Assembly: GCA_028534125.1 (NCBI GenBank)
Contig: CM052817.1
Location: forward strand, 45,758,001-45,822,000
Direction: 5' to 3'
Source: Lama glama
Lineage: Eukaryota
Length of the DNA stretch: 64,000 bases
The notes under the pieces are model-generated. The model saw only the letters and a list, made by a program, of their open reading frames with translations, ran no database searches and had not been told where the DNA came from. The first letter of the stretch is position 1. Each line of letters begins with the position of its first letter. Shown here one piece after another: positions 35,231-48,549 of the stretch. Made by a program: the position numbers and the translations under genes.

Positions 35231-37215
35231 GCATTCCTAAATACAAACAGACTTTGTGTTTATTTGTAAATGAACAATACAGACAAGCCCTTGTGATTTT
35301 AACTCAACTTCTTAGGAACCATCAAAATCATTACTTATTATAGCCTCAACCTTGACCTGGTTGCAAAGACCCTCTTAGGGAAACAGCTGCTACTGCAAAG
35401 TTTATTGATGCTTCTCCTGAAGTAGTCCTAGGTTCCCTGCTTGGTTCCTCATACAGGGTAAACATTACTACTGACTGAGAACAAATAGTAATTTTCAGCC
35501 AGCCAGTTAACCTCTCACAAGATTTACTTTCACACTGTCACATTACTATTCATTGTTGCAGCTTCCTGAGTATCACCACTTCCATGCTCTACTAGAAGGC
35601 GAATCTCACAGTTGTTTCACCTCAGGGAATTTTCTGTACCAAGTTCAGATTTATTAGAGACCTACTGAAAACCCTGACTTAATATTTGTTGACGGATCCT
35701 ACCGCAAAACTGGAGATGGAGATTATCAAGCAAGATACACTGTTATTGGTTTAAGCTCTTCTTTAGATTATGGTCCTCCACCTGAGTTAAAGTTAGTTCA
35801 GATGGCAGAACTTACTGCACTTTCTGGAGCTTGTTGACTATCCAAAGACTAGAGAGTAAAATTACATGCAAATAGTGGGCATGCTTTTGGAATAGTACAT
35901 GACTTTGGGATGCTCTGGAAACAAAGAGGATTTCCTACTTCTGCTGGAACCCTAATAAAAAATGAATAACAATTAAGGAAATTTAAATGCACTTTTACTT
36001 CCCAGAGAGGTGACTATTATAAAGGTTGTGGCTCATCTCATAAGAGATAATAGAGAAGCTGGAGGAAATGGCAGATTATTATATCAAACAGTCTTAACAA
36101 ACCTCCCAAAGGATAAATCTAGGGAGACATTCAAAGAGACCATTATAAAATACCAACATTTAGCTCCTGATTTGGAAAAGGAAGAATAGAAAGTAAATGG
36201 TTTTACCTTTCACTCAGAACATCTCTGGCATTCTCAAGTTAGTAACTTGGTGACATCAGATGATTTCAAATGAATATTAAATTTGTCCATGAAACTGCTT
36301 AATATGATCTAGACAAATAGGTTACTATTCTCTCAAGTCAACATTGATGGTGAAACTTTAAAAAGATAGCTGAAGATCATTTGTGAGCTACAATAACATA
36401 ATCATAGGAAGATACAGTCCAGGGCCAAGAGTTGAGCCTTAAGAATGCTTTGAATACCTTCAGATGAATTTTACCCAGCTTCTATCTTTCTCAGGATCTG
36501 AAGATGTTATAGTTCTTCTATGTCTATTTCCAGGATAGGTTGAAACATTTTCTTGCCAAAAAATTACAGCCCTTAACAGCTGCTAAAAAGCTGTGAGATT
36601 TGGGGTTTTCAACCTAGGGTATATCAACTTTTATATCAAGTGACCAATATACATGCTTCATGGCAACTATTGTAAAATGACTCAGTAAGGTGTTACCTCT
36701 TATGCAGAAACTACATTGCCTTTACCATCCACAATCTTCTGGGAAGGTTGAAAGAACCAAAGCCATTTGCAAACTGAGATAAATAAAGCTTTCAGAAATC
36801 CTTGAGCTCCCCTGGCCAAAAGTACTCCCAAAAGCCCTTATGGCCATATGGTCCACTTCCCTGGGGACACCCTGGTGATCCCTTTGTGAACTGGTTAAGT
36901 GAAAGGCCCATATGTTTAGGAATTTCACCTCTGATACTAGACTCCATCCTGCTATAAACAGACATGGTAATTTACTGTAAGGGATTCATATACTATAATC
37001 AGTCCAATCACCAACAGGTTAAGCCCTTCTTCCCACAACTTCTTCCCAGAGAGCCTCTTCATGGTCTTCAGCCAGGAGATGTTGTCTGTTGGAAAAGACA
37101 TTAGTGAAAAAAAATGCTCTTGAATCTCATTGGACAAAACCTTATCAGGTATTGTTAACAACAAATGTAGGGCTACAGTGAGTCAGTTTTTGGGTTTACA
37201 TTTCACAACTAAAGA
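35231..37215 (+). pseudogene. ERV pol remnant (RT connection, RNase H, integrase) with many stops and frameshifts
   Basis: Collinear motifs listed above; no long ORF in the ORF track. Confidence 0.88.
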
Positions 37216-38132
37216 AGCAAACAGAATTCCACACAATTAATAGGCTACTCCAACAAGAAACCTTAAACTGAGGATTCCGAGGTCCTCTAGAAGCAGCTGA
37301 TCTTTAGAAGTAGACCACTGACCCAAGAGCTTCAGAATAAACCAATATTCTCAGAGAGTGGACAGAGCTACCTAACACACTGGAGCAGAACCCTGAATAA
37401 TTCCTTTTTTTTTCTTCCTACTGCTTCCTTATAATAATTCTCATTTTCTATAGATCACTGGTTATCATTCACCCATTTCTTGCCCTTTTTTTCTTTCCTT
37501 TTTATGATAATTTTTAGATCAAACAGACTCATTCTAATGCCATTATTAGATTATCCCCAAAAGTGGTCACTGCCCTCAATCTTATTGACTGATAGCATTC
37601 CATCTATCACTGAATCTTCATGATAAAATCTCTAGTAAAGTTTTCATCAAATGAGATCATTGGGAATTATAAATAAAGGCATACCCACTTGCACGTTAAA
37701 CATGGACAAATGACTAAACAAACCAACCTGTAATAATTGCATTTTTTTTCTAGAAGTGAGGGACACAGAAAAGTTAACAATCTACTAATAATAACCAAGT
37801 TTATTCTAAATTTGAACTCCATAACCTTCATAGTGGGGGTGGACTAAATACTTGCCACCTGTAAGAGACTAAGAGAGCTCCAAACACGTAACACAACTCA
37901 TACGAGGCCTTGGTTCTGACCTTCTGCCATGAACCACTCCTTTTTTCCCTGACTCTCCCTATACTCCTATCAGGTATACCACTTCCTTTGTGTACAGAAT
38001 GCCTGGTCCTGTTTGCCTCAGACTAACACCTTGTAAACTTTAGGAGTAGTACTCTGAGACTTGTCTGTACACAGAGACCCTAATTCTATAAATCACCAAG
38101 CCTGGAAATTCTGATTCAGACGCAAGCTCTAA

Positions 38133-38445
38133 AACAATGCCACCCTTGATTATTCAGGTATTCTACCTGAGGGAATTACTGACTTATTGTGTATGCAAAC
38201 AATCAGAGCAGTGTTCCCACCCAGCAGAATCTCACAGATGGAAAAGACTGTAAGAAACTTACAACTAGCCTCGGCAGAAGGTATTAACGATACCACCTCT
38301 GCTTTAGATGGAATAGAGATTAGTCTCGACACATTCACATAAGGGGTGATAGACAACCGTGTTGCTCTATATTTCTCGTTGGCTAGTCATGGTGGCGTCT
38401 TTGCCATTGCCAATTCTTGCTCTACTTGTATCAGTGACAGAATGT
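38133..38445 (+). pseudogene. ERV env transmembrane-subunit remnant (heptad repeat, ISD, degenerate CX6CC)
   Basis: ILPEGITD..IRAVFP..MEKTVRNLQLASAEGINDTTSALDGIEISLDTFT*GVIDNRVAL..GGVFAIANSCSTCI. Confidence 0.85.
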
Positions 38446-38822
38446 GGTTGAAAGGTTATACATCACCATAGTGAAAAAGATAATCACCTCTCTAAGGTTC
38501 ATTCTCATGGTCTGTGAAATTTGTTCTTGGCCTGGGTTGAGTGATTGGAATTTCCAGTTCAAGCATTTTATAGGAATTATTACTTGTCCTTGTTTTTGTC
38601 ACAGTGGTCATTATATTGGTCCATTGTGTTCTGCCTAGAACAGCCAATTTTTCAACATATGATCACCATGATTATATAATAAAAAGGTCAAGGCAGTCTT
38701 GTTATGCAGTTGATTATGAAGGTGGCTAAACAAACTCTGAGAAGTGGATATTGAATCTTTAGCCTTCCGTGAATTGGTTAACCTCTCACAAGTAAGATCT
38801 CACAAGTAAGTAAAAAGGTAGA

Positions 38823-39339
38823 TGAGAGACTGAACATACAACAGATAGTGTGGCTAGACCATATCATGTATGAGGATAGAACCCTGATCAACAATGTCCG
38901 CAGCAAACAGCCTGGGAAGCCAAAACACAGCTTCTGCAGCCACCTTTGCAGGGAGCTAAACTACAGCCTCGCCATCAATTGTCTCACAGTGGGCAAAGCT
39001 TGGCCAATTACTGTTAGCTTTCATATTTTTGCCTCTGCTTCTAACACAGTATCAACCAGAAAAAGCCAAATATGCTCCCCAAACCAATTATATTTGATGC
39101 CCTGTTTTTAGTTTTCCCTTCTCCAGCTTCCCAATGCCAACAACTTCTAATCAGTTTACATGTGAAGCTTTCCTTTTTTTTTTTTTTTCCTATTATCAAA
39201 CTTTCTTACTTCCCTGCCCATCTTTGAGTCTCTGCTAAATGCAGGTGATGGTGGCTGACTTCCTTGTTATTGTTAACTGTGAATAAATAGTCGTATTTGT
39301 CCTGATTTCAGCACTCTTTGTTTATTTCTACCATTTCCA
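38823..39339 (+). mobile_element. ERV1 3' LTR
   Basis: Purine tract aaaaaggtaga, then TGAGAGAC. AATAAA at 39282. Ends near ...tttCCA. Directly downstream of env. Confidence 0.72.
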
Positions 39340-42300
39340 ATCAAAGGCTTAACATTGTTTTAGGATATTTATAACAATGGGCATAAAGATAATAAAATTG
39401 TAAATAGAGTCAGTCTCAAACATGAGGTAACCATGAGGGATAGCGAGGGAAGGTTCTTTTCTTAAAATGAAGGGAAAGTGGTTTCTGAAAAATTGCCTAG
39501 AAATCTTCCAGAAAATATGAAGGAGAAGGAAATGAGTGATTTGATTGGCTTTGTAAAATGACTTGATGGGCTGAATGGAGTCCTTATTTTTGTATAATAA
39601 GAAAAGAAAGAAAAAATGTTCAGTGCTCTGTATCTCAGAACAATCTTAGACCCAGATTCTAAAAGCTCTTTGCAAAAGTCACGTGGTGTCAAGTATTACA
39701 AATGCTTTTTCAAAAATTAGAAGGGAAAGTACTGTTGACTTTTCCAGGAAAGGAGGAAAAAAGATTTTGTACTTTCCCGTTAAATAGCCTAATATTTTTT
39801 TCAGAACTATTTTATTTCATAAACTAGTCTGTACAGCAACTTTTATATATTATGTACACTAGGTCAACTCGTAACAATACAAAAAAATAATCACCAGCTT
39901 TGACTTCTAAATTTAGCCTGTTTCTACCTACCATGTAAAGAAACCTGGCATTAGAGTTACATATTTTTATGGAGTTATTTTATGGCTTGACTTAATCTTC
40001 ATACCTCAACTCTACTCTGTCCACAACTCTTTCTATCATCTTGAATTTACTCTCCTTGCCTTGATTCTATAAATAAAGATAAAACCCCTTGCCTTAATCT
40101 TCATTTTTCTGCTTTGGTCTGAAAAGTGCTTTAACATTATAAATTTGGCTGTCAATCTAATTCTTTGAAGCAAGGTTTATTGCTTTGGACTCCATCAGGA
40201 TGGTATGGAAAAAAATGATTTAGGTGTGTGAAATGCAACTTGCTTTACATTATTTTTAAATCACAATCTACTACTATTATAGTGATTCTCAATTTTCTAG
40301 AGTGCCTCCACTGTTATCTGAAAATTTCCAAAAGGTTAATGTTAAAAATAACAGCAGGTGGATGCCAGGTGTGGTTCTTTTCACAGAGAGATAGGTAGTG
40401 AAATAAAATACCAACCAGGCTTTACACTTCCAGGAAGGTTGACAGAGAATCTCTTGATTTTCAAATGTGATCCTTCCTTTGTAGTCTTGGTTCTCTCGCT
40501 GTCAGTATTAGAGTAGGAAAGCGGGCTTGGATAATACCACTGACTTGCAGAAACTTACAGACTAGCACACTTTTTTTTGGTGCGTGTGCCTCTGGTTTGC
40601 TGTTGTATAGGTGTTGCTGCTGTCTGCCTTACTAAGATGGTATAAAAATTAAACACTGTACTATCGAGGCTGAGCTTGTCAACCTGGTCATGATTTCTTT
40701 CTTAGAATCTCACTCCTATATTCTTTCATAAGGATTTCGTTTCCCCTTATGCTTTACTTTCTCTCAATAACTGCATGCTACCCTCCAGCTTTGTTATTCA
40801 TACTTTTCAAAAGTGGTACGTATATAAATATATGAGTCACTGTCCTGTTATAGGACTTTGAACATGTAATTTAGGATTTGCCCACCTGCTTTTTGATGCT
40901 TTCTCACACCTACAGGAAACTACTGCAACTTCTTGCCCTAATAAAATAGAGCTGGTTTTATATCCATGTATTTTTATTCAGGTACGTAACAAATACTTAT
41001 TGACCACTTAACTATGTCAGACACTGACATAGAGTAAATAGGATGTGTATACAAACATACATGCATCCCAGATGCCAGCCGGGATCCCTTTTCCTTGGAT
41101 ATTTAGAAATAAATTTTCAAAAATTTATTGCACAGCCCGGACGAACCCCGTCACCCCAGGCAAAGTTTTGTTGTTGTTATTGTTGGTTTAGGTTCCACTG
41201 GCTTACATTCTCATGGACACCTCACTCCCTCACTCTAATCTGTTGATGATTCCAATGACTTGATTTTCCTTGAGTCCTGCCTTCCATGGCTATTCTATTT
41301 TCTATGCCATGAAGACTCAGCTGTGGAGTTCAGCCCTTTTTCCTTAATTTCCTGCAAAACAGAAGGCATTCTTGCACATAGTGCATGTTATTCAAGGTGT
41401 GGGGTGATGTTGCGACAAAGGACCAAGTAGAGAATAACTGAATGTGAAATCCACCCTACTCTCTTTTTGGAGTCTCATAGGCCACCTTCACTAGTGGGAA
41501 CTGGACAATTTCACTCCACCAGGTGACTATTTATGGAGGTTGCTTGGTCCTTTGCTCTCTCAATAATTTCCTTACATTTCTCCCTCGTTTGCCTCCAGTC
41601 TCCTCAGACTCCAACCCATTTTATATGAAGGCAGTTTTATTCTGTCTCTTTTCGTTTCACTGGACCATTCCAAATCATACTGTGGAGTTCACAACCACAA
41701 TGTATTGTAAAGCTATTTTGTTAAACAGAAGATTCTCTGCTCTAGAGAGAAAATCTGCCACTCCCTTAGGGTCAGAAGTAGCTGCAGTCAGTTTTGGTTT
41801 AAAAAAGAAACAACAATGTAGTTTTCCTTTCTCTGACTTGTGTAAACAACATACTGTGATAGAAACCACTGTGGAGATCGAGGCAGAATGTGGTGTGATT
41901 GTCCCAAGGAGACACCTGGGGGAGACAAGAAATCTTCACAGAGATTTGAACTGGTTTTAAAGAATGAGAATGAATTTACCAGGCAGAAAATTAGGGAAAA
42001 GGATAAGAAAACCATTTATTCTACGTTACTCTATAAATCTTGGTATAATTAGAGGAACCTATTACTTCTAATCAGTAAAAGTGTGATTTTTTTTCACCCC
42101 TCGTATTTAAAATATGTTGTTATCCTTTCTCACTCTCTTACCATTTAACCTTTTCAAATCCTCACTTTCATTGAATCTGCTATTTACTTCAAACTCTGTT
42201 CCTTTCCTTCTTCTAGTCTTTGGAGCTTTTCTGTCTTGAACTGTCTTCTTATTCCACAGTCCACTATTTCAGCTATTTATTTGACAGCCTTGACTACACC

Positions 42301-42405
42301 ATCTCTGTCACCAGTATCTTACACAACTTGTCAATTCTTAACTCTGGATAATCCCCAATTTCCCTTTTCCTCCTGTTCCTATCTTTCTATCTCCAGAGAA
42401 AATTA

Positions 42406-42842
42406 TGAAATGAGACTGAAACCAAAACCACTTCCTGTCCCTATGCTAAGTAATAACTGAGTGTACTTTCCTGTCCCTGCGTTAAATAATACTGAGAACA
42501 AGCACAAACTCACTTAGCCTCTTGTTCCAGGAACTATTTGCTCCTGAGAAACAAGACCAGCAAGTTTGCCATCAAGATTCTCTTCAAGGCTCTTTCCTCC
42601 CTGTGTACATCATTCAAAAGTTATGATGTCATAACTCTATATAATCCCAACCAGTTTTTGGCTTTGCAAGACCTGCCTAAAAATCATCCAGGCTGGTTCG
42701 AAATCCTACAAACATCCTCCTTCGATTTCCCTCTTCCAAGTACTAGTAAGGCTCTGTCAAAGTGTTCTTCTCTCTTACTGAGTCTAATGAACCTAGTTTT
42801 GCTTGATAAGACTTTTTCTGGTGGCCTTTAGGGGAGTCAATA
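42406..42842 (+). mobile_element. ERV1 solo LTR (MER110-like, tentative)
   Basis: tgagactgaaacc..., internal imperfect repeat cctgtccctatgctaagtaataactgag / cctgtccctgcgttaaataatactgag, terminal tttgcttgat...tctggtggcctttaggggagtc. Confidence 0.55.
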
Positions 42843-45800
42843 AGAATCATTCTCATTTGATGTCCTGTAGCTTCATGCTATAGTTTCTGTTCTGTCCTCT
42901 CCACTGTCCAGCATTCATCTGTTAGTCTTTTTTAAAATTTCCCCCCTCCCCAAGGTGTCCATAGCAATGTTATCTTTCAATTTCAGTAAATGACCTGATT
43001 TCATCTTCTCTGCCCCTAAGGAAAGAAGAAATGGACCATAAGAACAGTTGCAAGGTGGTCTTCTTTTATAGCTTCTGTGCTCTTCACCTCACTGCTGCTC
43101 TTTATTCTCTTTCTAACTCATTTTTTGCCATTTACCCCTTAAATAAAAGTGTCCCACAAAGTTGTCTTTTTATCTTCTCTTAGAAGCTCATCTCGTTCTG
43201 TTTCATAGCATCAACAATGATCTTTATCTCAAATAGTTTTACTAATCTGCTTTCCTATCCTTAACATCTACTTATACAAACTTCAGGCATAAAACTGTGA
43301 TAAAAATCAACCCCAGTTTCAACACCAGCTCACAATCTTTCCCTCTTGTCCCACATCTGCTCTTTTCTTCCTGTATTTCTCATCTCACTTAATGGCCATC
43401 TTAATGATCATCCTGATGGCCATTCTCTGACAAGGAGAGAGTCGGGGCACTAGGTGGTCTCTGGAGTCAAATAGGAACATTTGTATATTTTAACTGGGGG
43501 AGCAGGAAGAGGCCAAGATTGTCAACTGGAAGCTTCCTTCAACCCAGCTACTCAGCTCTTCCTCCACCGGCCTCTTTCTCCTGGTTTTTAGAGAACTAAC
43601 TGCACAGCCTTAGCCAATGGCTCCCCAGGTTCTCACAGATGCACAGTCTGGGAAGGAAGAGATGAAGCACTCAACTTGAGGGTGGGCACAGACCCAGGGC
43701 AAAAATACATAAAATGCTTTGTGATCACTGTTGACCTTACCTGGAAAGAGTTTCTACAGGAGTCTAAATAGTGAAATAAAGTATAATCATTTGCTGCCCT
43801 CAACATCTAATGAAACTGATTTGTTCTGTTTGGGTCGCTGGCCATCTGTCACTGTCACTCAGTTCTTTGGCTGGAAGGCAATTTCTGCTGTCCTGTCCTG
43901 CCCTGTTCCCTGAGCCTGGGGACACTAGGCTGGCACTAACATTTGGGTTCCCTGAAAGCAATGCTGCCAAAGTCATCAGTGGAACTTAGGGAATCTGTCA
44001 GGCTCTCAAACGTTTTCTGTTGGACAGCTTGGCCAATCACAAGTCTGTCACCTCATCTTATCACTGGGTACCTGGTAACACAGATGCTGGGATTTTAGAA
44101 ATGTGGTTGTCTCCCAAATAGGAGTTGAAAGGTCTCTGCTCCTTGGTCAGGCTGTCAGGTTTCATTATGAAAATACTGTCTATGCACTTCTGATGTGGTA
44201 GTGGGAACGGAGTACTAATGGAATTCAGTGTTTTTGCTGTATTACCACATTTATCTTATTCCAAAGTTCACTATCAATCTAATAACATATTTTTTTAGAA
44301 AGCAAAAGACAAAAATTACACTGTTTCCATGATGGCAAATGTCCATACTAATTGCAAGTTATATCCTGATTTTAGAAGCATTTAATCGACAGGGAAAACC
44401 TTTGTTTAACAATTAAGACAATATAAAGATTTCATAGATATGTAATGGCTATGTTAGCCAAGATGAACTCATGGAGTATGACTGAGAAATAACTTTCTTT
44501 ACTTTCTATGCAGCTCCTTTAAGCCCACTTATTTTAGGGGTAGCTCTTTCCCATCCACTGAAATGAAACTTAAACCAAGGCCCCTGAAATTTTTGGTCAC
44601 CTTTTGGTCTCAAAATCCAGTCCCAGTTCAGGACCTACTGCATCCAAACCAAGTGATGGGACTGAAGGAGTGGGTAGTGCCATTAACCAGGATCTCTTGC
44701 TGAAGTCCATTTGGCCCAGGGAAGATGACTACTCCATCTGATTGCTATGACTCCTTCTTTGAACCCTAAAGACCTAGGGGGACCCTTCTAGTTTCTCTCT
44801 GCTTAAGTTCCCTTGGACCTTCATACAGTCTTCTTAGACAAGATCTGAAAAAAACACACCAGGTTTCTTGTACATGATCAACATCTAATCTACAGGGTTC
44901 GTTCATGCTTTTCACACCCTAACAAACTCTGAGAGCACAAGGCCATCCCAATGCAGCCACTGGGCTTTCAGTTCTCTCTTGGAGCAGTAATCAGCCACTG
45001 TCTCCTGCTCTTTGTATTTTTCAGCTGTGATGCAGACAGCTGTCCACATATCTCGCTCTCTGGTTCCTGACTTGAGGTCAGGAGAGGGCAGCTTTTACTT
45101 ATTCTCCGTGAGATAGGGGCTTACAACACAGTGACAGTATCCCACAGAGCACAGTCTTCCAACATCCTATACATTTCTCAACACCTCCAACCTTTTTAAA
45201 AATAGGTTAGATTTAATAGTCAGCTAAGGGGCACAGAACAGATTTTCAGAATTGCTCTTTTAGCCTTAAAGGTGCTACACGGTGGTTGTAGTATGTAGCA
45301 TTTATTGTTTTGAGGACCTTGGCTGAAATTAAGACAGAAAAACTCTATTTTAATATGTAATTCTTTATTTATCAGATCTCACCAGGCTGTATATTCAAAC
45401 TAGTATCAAATTATATTTTCCTGGCTGTAGAGCTCATCACTATTTATCATCACTGTTATGGATACAAAATATAGAAACCCAGCTCACATGGGCTTGCCAA
45501 ATCATGGAATACATTAGCTCAAAGGATGGTACAATTCATAAACAGGAGTAACAGGATCCAGATACTGAAATGATGTAGCCAGGGATTGTTTTCTGGTTCC
45601 TTTTTAACTCTTCATATTTTATGTCAAGCGCAGTTTTTTTAAAAAAGGAAAATCATAACTCAGACAAATATAAAATAAATCCATTCAAAGATTTTATTTA
45701 TTAGTTAACAAAAGAAACATAAAGATATGAAAATGGGTCCAAAATCATTTGAGAAGCTAAGCATTTATAGGCAACTTAATAAAGGCATACTAAGATAATA

Positions 45801-46149
45801 TTGCTGGATAGATACATTAACTAGTGAATATCCAACAGGGCAATAGACTATAATAGACCTTTAGGATGATCTGTTCCATTGGACAGACATTATTTGCATC
45901 TCTGTGAGATGAATATCTGCCAGTTAACATGGGACTTCACCCCTGAATCTTTAACCAATTGTGAAGAATGAGTCAACCCAAGCTTATTTCTCTGGATAAT
46001 TCTTGGGAAGACTTTATCGCTGAAAGGACTTGTTACTTAAATTTTTGCCTTGTCTCCCAATTTTGTGTAATTTTCCACAAAACTTGGCTCTTCTTCCCCC
46101 TATATTCGTTTCTTTCTCAGACAAGCTTTTACTATGTCTCAATCTTTGT

Positions 46150-46480
46150 CAGCTCTCAGCATCCATTTTCCTTATTGTTTGCAATCCCAGTGGAAAAAGA
46201 ATGCTTCTTTTCCAAAATTTTGAAAAAGCCCTGGGCTTTTCATTTCATGGCCTGACTTGGATTGTGTGCCAGTCCACTACACAATCACAGTGGCCAAAAG
46301 CATGGAATGTATCCATTAGCCTTTCCTGAGGCTCGTGCTCACCAAGGGAGCTGGGAAGTGGGTCAGTTCCATTCAAACAACAAAGACTGAGAATGAGGTA
46401 GAGGTGGTTTCCTGAAGAAAAATTAGAATTCTGTAACTTGAAGAAGGGCAGGTGTATGTTGCACCATCAGTCAAAAGTGA
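46150..46480 (-). mobile_element. Old MaLR LTR fragment
   Basis: tgacttggattgtgtgccagtccactacacaatcacagtggccaaaagcatggaat...gactgagaatgaggtagaggtggtttcc. Confidence 0.5.
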
Positions 46481-48107
46481 CATGTGCACCATGTTCCTGC
46501 TCACTCAGGCCCTCCAGTCTTTGTCAAAGTCTTTCAGAGGGTAATGGGGATCCTTGGAGATAGCTCACAACAGCTCCTGAACTACTAGGCTTATTCCGGG
46601 AACTGCCAAGCTGGGGGGCCATTTATTAGGGACTGCCAGGATGTCCTACTTGGTGCACCTCTTGCTCTGTGGGCATCCCACCCTCTCTGTGTGCAGCCGG
46701 GTCTCCATAATGCAAAAGAATTGGAGGCTCCCAGGTGCCTGGATTCTGCCTTGGTTTTGGCAAAGTGATTAAATACCCACTTTCTTTTTGTGACAGTTTG
46801 TTAGAAGGGTCACAGACCACTGTGCTTTGACCCCATAGTTTTTAGAGTTTTTTTTTTAAGTGAACCCAGTCTTACCACTTTTATTGATTTATTATGAATT
46901 AATTAGCTTTCCATTGAATGTACACATGGAGTTAGGAGACAAACAAGAATAATGAACATTGTCACACATTCAAAATAATCACCTTTCTGTCAACAAGGTG
47001 TTGTTTCCTGTTGGGGTCCTGGAAACCGGCCTGTAATTCTTTAGGGATGAATTCTCCCAAGCAGCATCTGAGTCCTGCAGTGGCCAGCAGGCTGACAGCC
47101 CCAAGAGTCTGCCAAACATGCCCAGACACATCCACACATTCCTTGGCCTCAAGCTGGGAGGCTCGCTCAGCTTCCAGTAACAGAGTCATCAAGTATCACA
47201 ACAAAAAAGAAGCTTATATACACAGCTCTCATATGGCAGATGTAGCAACCTTGGTTGGGAGAGAGGTAAAATTATTTGGGCAAGATCATTAGTTTGTTAG
47301 TGACAAAACTAAGACCATCCCAGACTTTCTGATATCTTGACAAGGATTCTTTCCACTTCAGATTTCTGCCAGTCCTTACCAGACGGTGATGTACTGAAAT
47401 TACACAGAGAAGATAATATGTTCAGAAACCTACAAGTAATGATATACCTCATATGTTAAAAAAAGTCTGCCAAATTTAATTCAAAACTACCCTGTGTATG
47501 TGGAATGCCTGCTGGTTTATAGATGGTTATGTTGCCAACTGAAAAAAAAATTCTGTTTGCTCTCTTTTCCCCCTTTTTTTCTTTTCTCAATTCTAGTTAC
47601 ATGATGCCCCTTTTCCGTAGTTCTCTTCAGAACTGAGATAAAGCTTGGCAGAATTGGAATGACTAGTTCTTTCATTAATAGTTCATATGAGTAAAAGCCC
47701 TTGGTAAAACATAGGGGCTTTTTGAATAAAAGGGACAACTTCCCGCTTTCCAAAAAGTAGCCAAAGAGAATGCTAGTCTTGAAGATGAGCCCCTAAGCTT
47801 CCACATGTTAGAATAAAAGTGACTATGGTAGATGTTTGGGTGGAGGATATTGAAGACACCCCCCCAGAGTCCTTCTTAGGCACCCCAGTGTGATGTGAGG
47901 ATGCAGATTAGAGTCCCTGGGCCCCAGGGAGGGGCAGAGTTGGCTGCCAGGAAGACCTCAGCAGTGGAATTAGGAAGACAGCAAACAAGTGGACTGAGAA
48001 GTGGGCGACGCAGTGGCCTCGGGGTCCCGGCAGCAAACTCTAAGAGGACAGGGACTGAGGCCAAGGCCAGTCAGGGTGAACTGTGCTTCAGAGAGTTTGG
48101 TGAGGCT

Positions 48108-48549
48108 GGACAAAGACTCTCTCCTTGATGGAATGTTAGTCAGGCTTCTCTGAACCCTTTTCTCAAGCTGACCTCCACCGTGGTCCTGTCCAGTCTTTGG
48201 CCTGCCCTACCTAGTCTTGGCAAAGAATCCTGCTGACTCGTCCCCCAACCTACAACATCTGATCCATTCTTCATTGTCTACCTCCATGCCTCAGTCCTTG
48301 GCCTCCCCTTAGCAAGAATCCTGTTAGGTCAGGTTAGCAAGAATTTCCCTTGATAAATATTTCCTAATAATAATTTTCCATCCACTGGCCCCCTCATTCT
48401 GCCCCTCAGCTATAAATCCCCTCTTGCCCTTGCTGTATTTGGAGTAGAATGCAATCTCTCGCCCCTATCACGAACCCTTAATTCAGTAGTCTTGAATAAA
48501 GTCTTCCTTACCATTTTAACAAGGGTGAGAATCAGTTGTTTTTTCAAAC
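48108..48549 (+). mobile_element. MER31-like ERV1 solo LTR
   Basis: acaaagactctctccttga...ttagtcaggcttctctgaaccc; repeated agcaagaatcctg; tataaatccc; AATAAAgtcttccttacc. Confidence 0.8.

Larger units (their letters stand above)
33500..38822 (+). mobile_element. Decayed class I (gamma-like, ERV1) provirus internal region: partial gag?, pol, env
   Basis: RNase H FVDGS (35685-99), QMAELTAL, AFGIVHDFGMLWKQRGF. Integrase EYLQMNFTQL, LHCLYHPQSSGKVERT, LPWPKVLP, W..PYQVLLTT. Env TM DNRVALYFSLASHGGVFAIANSCSTCI. The 5' boundary is uncertain. Confidence 0.88.

Noticed and set aside
41523..41960. 145-aa ORF
   Set aside because: Non-ATG start, no recognisable domain, intergenic repeat-like context
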